A DNA stretch of 64,000 nucleotides, from positions 108,750,001-108,814,000 of the forward strand of contig NC_058368.1 of assembly GCF_018350175.1 (NCBI RefSeq). The letters are read 5' to 3'. This document shows positions 61,870 through 64,000 of the stretch, piece after piece (position 1 is the first letter of the stretch; the number at the start of each line of letters is the position of its first letter). The translations under genes and the position numbers were made by a program. The stretch is from Felis catus. Taxonomy: Eukaryota. A model generated the notes under the pieces. The model did no database searches, was not told the DNA's origin, and saw nothing but the letters and a program-made list of their open reading frames with translations.

Positions 61870-61927
61870 TGTATTTATTTATGTATTTTTATTTATTACC
61901 TTGTGCAATGTGAAATGTATTTATTTT
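61870..61927 (+). promoter_or_regulatory. IL3: IL3 3'UTR AU-rich destabilising element
   Basis: Clustered ATTTA pentamers (gtatttatttatgtatttttatttatt...gtatttatttt). Confidence 0.85.
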
Positions 61928-62035
61928 AGCAAAGGAGCCTATGTCCTGCTCATTCTAAACAAGACTCAAGAGGGGGACTTGGAGGCTTGTTAATTTGTAC
62001 CTCAGGTTTTAAACTGGTTTCTATGCATCTGAGAA

Positions 62036-62041
62036 AATAAA
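62036..62041 (+). terminator. IL3: IL3 poly(A) signal AATAAA
   Basis: First AATAAA downstream of the AU-rich element. Confidence 0.75.
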
Positions 62042-64000
62042 CCACACTCTCTGAACAACTTCTCTGTTGCCAGTGTCTCGATTTGACTCAGTCTTAGTAA
62101 CTCTCTTGCCTGGTGATTGAGCAGCCATCCAGCCCCCACCCCCAGCAAGCCTCCCTGCCACCAGATGGGCCCCGGAACCCACACCCTGGCAATCTGTGGT
62201 CTACTGGGAAGCCAGATGGAGTTTTAGAAAATGCAAATCTGACCAGGTTGATCTGATACTTTATTTTCCAGTCCTCAGGGGGGTTCTGGACCTTGTCCTT
62301 CACCTTAGGATAGCAAGAGAGGCCTGCCTCCATCTGGTGCTTCTATTTCCTTATGTCTGCAACTACCAACCTCCTTGATACTCCAGCCAGTAGATACAGT
62401 GTGGCTTCTTGGATGAACCATACACCTTTTTTTATACCTCTAAATCTTTACCCACACTGACACCTCAACCTCGAATGCCCTGATCCTGACTCTGCATGGT
62501 GAGTTCCAGCTACAGAGACCAACTCAAATGCTGCCTACCTCTGGGTTGTCCACACTATTCTAGGACAGGGCTCTTGTCTGAAATAGGTGGATAGATGGGG
62601 ACCCACTGGAAGGACAGCCATTGTAGCCCAGGGTGGCACAGTCTGATCTGAGTGGTGGAGGTTAGGACATCACTGAGTGTGGCTTCCATGTGCCACCTGA
62701 CCCCTGAGGTCCCACTGACCCTCTAGCTCTGAGTGCCTCCATCCCTGGCTCTCTTGCATGCTGCCTAGGTGCACTTTCTCCAGGCTGGCATGGTGGGGGA
62801 GAGAGGGGAGAGTGAGCCCTCCTCTGTCACCATGCTAAGGAGCAATGTCATTCTCTCTGACAAGTACCATAAAGGCTTAGGATGCTGACATCAGATGCTA
62901 GGGTCCCATCCCTCTTCTTTTCTGTTTCCCACCTTGATCCACTCCTCCCCTTGGGTCATGATTAAGGAACAGCCTGGTTGCTTGAATGGGACAAGAAAAC
63001 GTGAGTGATCTACTACCGCAGAAATATACCCTCCACATTCCTCTTCCTAATACAATTTTGTGTTCCCACGAAAACAATTTTCCTCTCACTCATTCTGCCT
63101 CTCTCCAGCCTGGCCCACGGACAGCACTGTGGGTGCTCAGGGAGGATTCTGTGTTGGACTTGGCCCTGGAAGGAGCTGGAGAAGCTGCTGCAGTTTCTGG
63201 TGGAGCCACTAGGGGCAGGCAGGCCACTGGTGAGATGCTCCAGGACACTGGGGGAGGATCTGAGAGCATGGGCCCAAGCTTCCTGATTCTTGGCTAGCTT
63301 TCCCACTTCTACTTCCCTGCCTGTTCGCTCTCCACCCACACCTGGTGGCTGCTCCTGTTTTCATCCCAGCTGAGGCAAGCATTTGTGCACCACTCTCTTG
63401 TTCCCAGGATGAGTCCCTGCTCACCACCTCTTCTTCACTCCCTGGAGAATGGGTCAGCTGCCTTCCACCTGTGCTAGCCCTGCTACCCTCTGCCCTGGTG
63501 GAGAGGAGAGGGACCCAGTGACCTGTCCTGCCATGCTTCTCCCACACCTCGTCCTCAGCAGGCCAGAGCCGAAGGTGGATGGAACCAGCTCATACCGGCT
63601 CACAGAGCCAATTGTTAAATCTTGAAAAGTTGCCAGCCAGTTATCAAACCATCCATACCTTGAGACAGGTCACAGTGAGTATTTATGCTATGAACATGGG
63701 CAAATGCTACAAAGCGGACTCCTTGCCCTGGGAATCTGTGGTTTAACTTTTACCAGCTGCTGGAGCTCCCCTCACTTGAGGTGTGGAGAGGTAGCTGGCA
63801 GTCTGCTATGTTGTTCTTACCTGGCTGTCCCCATTCAGAGCCCCTTCTCAAAGCTCTGTTTGTGCTGCAGCCACACTATTCTCACTCCAGGCTGGATGGC
63901 ACTATATTCCTTCAGTGCCTGGGACTTCAGACATTCAGCAAACTCTGGCTGAGCACCTATGTATCAGGGCTTATATTGGACACAGGGATATGGCAGTGAA

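Overview
Mammalian (carnivore, most likely felid judging by SINEC_Fc-type SINEs) genomic DNA from the ACSL6-IL3 end of the IL3/CSF2 cytokine cluster. The minus strand carries the 5' part of ACSL6 (CpG-island first coding exon at 20433-20481 and coding exons 2-4, running off the window start). The plus strand carries an intact 5-exon IL3 gene (59857-61635, 143 aa) with recognisable promoter elements and a 3' AU-rich element. CSF2 is not in the window. The main discovery is a second, apparently intact 5-exon IL3-like cytokine gene on the minus strand (53535-51961, 160 aa), head-to-head with IL3 and 6.3 kb from it. The ORF track misses it because its exons are short. It arose by an old inverted duplication that also copied the promoter, 3' AU-rich element and poly(A) signal, and it has diverged strongly in protein sequence and promoter motifs. 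The ACSL6-to-paralog interval is mostly SINEs, decayed L1/L2/MIR, MLT1 LTRs and hAT/Tigger fossils. All alignments were done by eye, and repeat boundaries and subfamily names are approximate.
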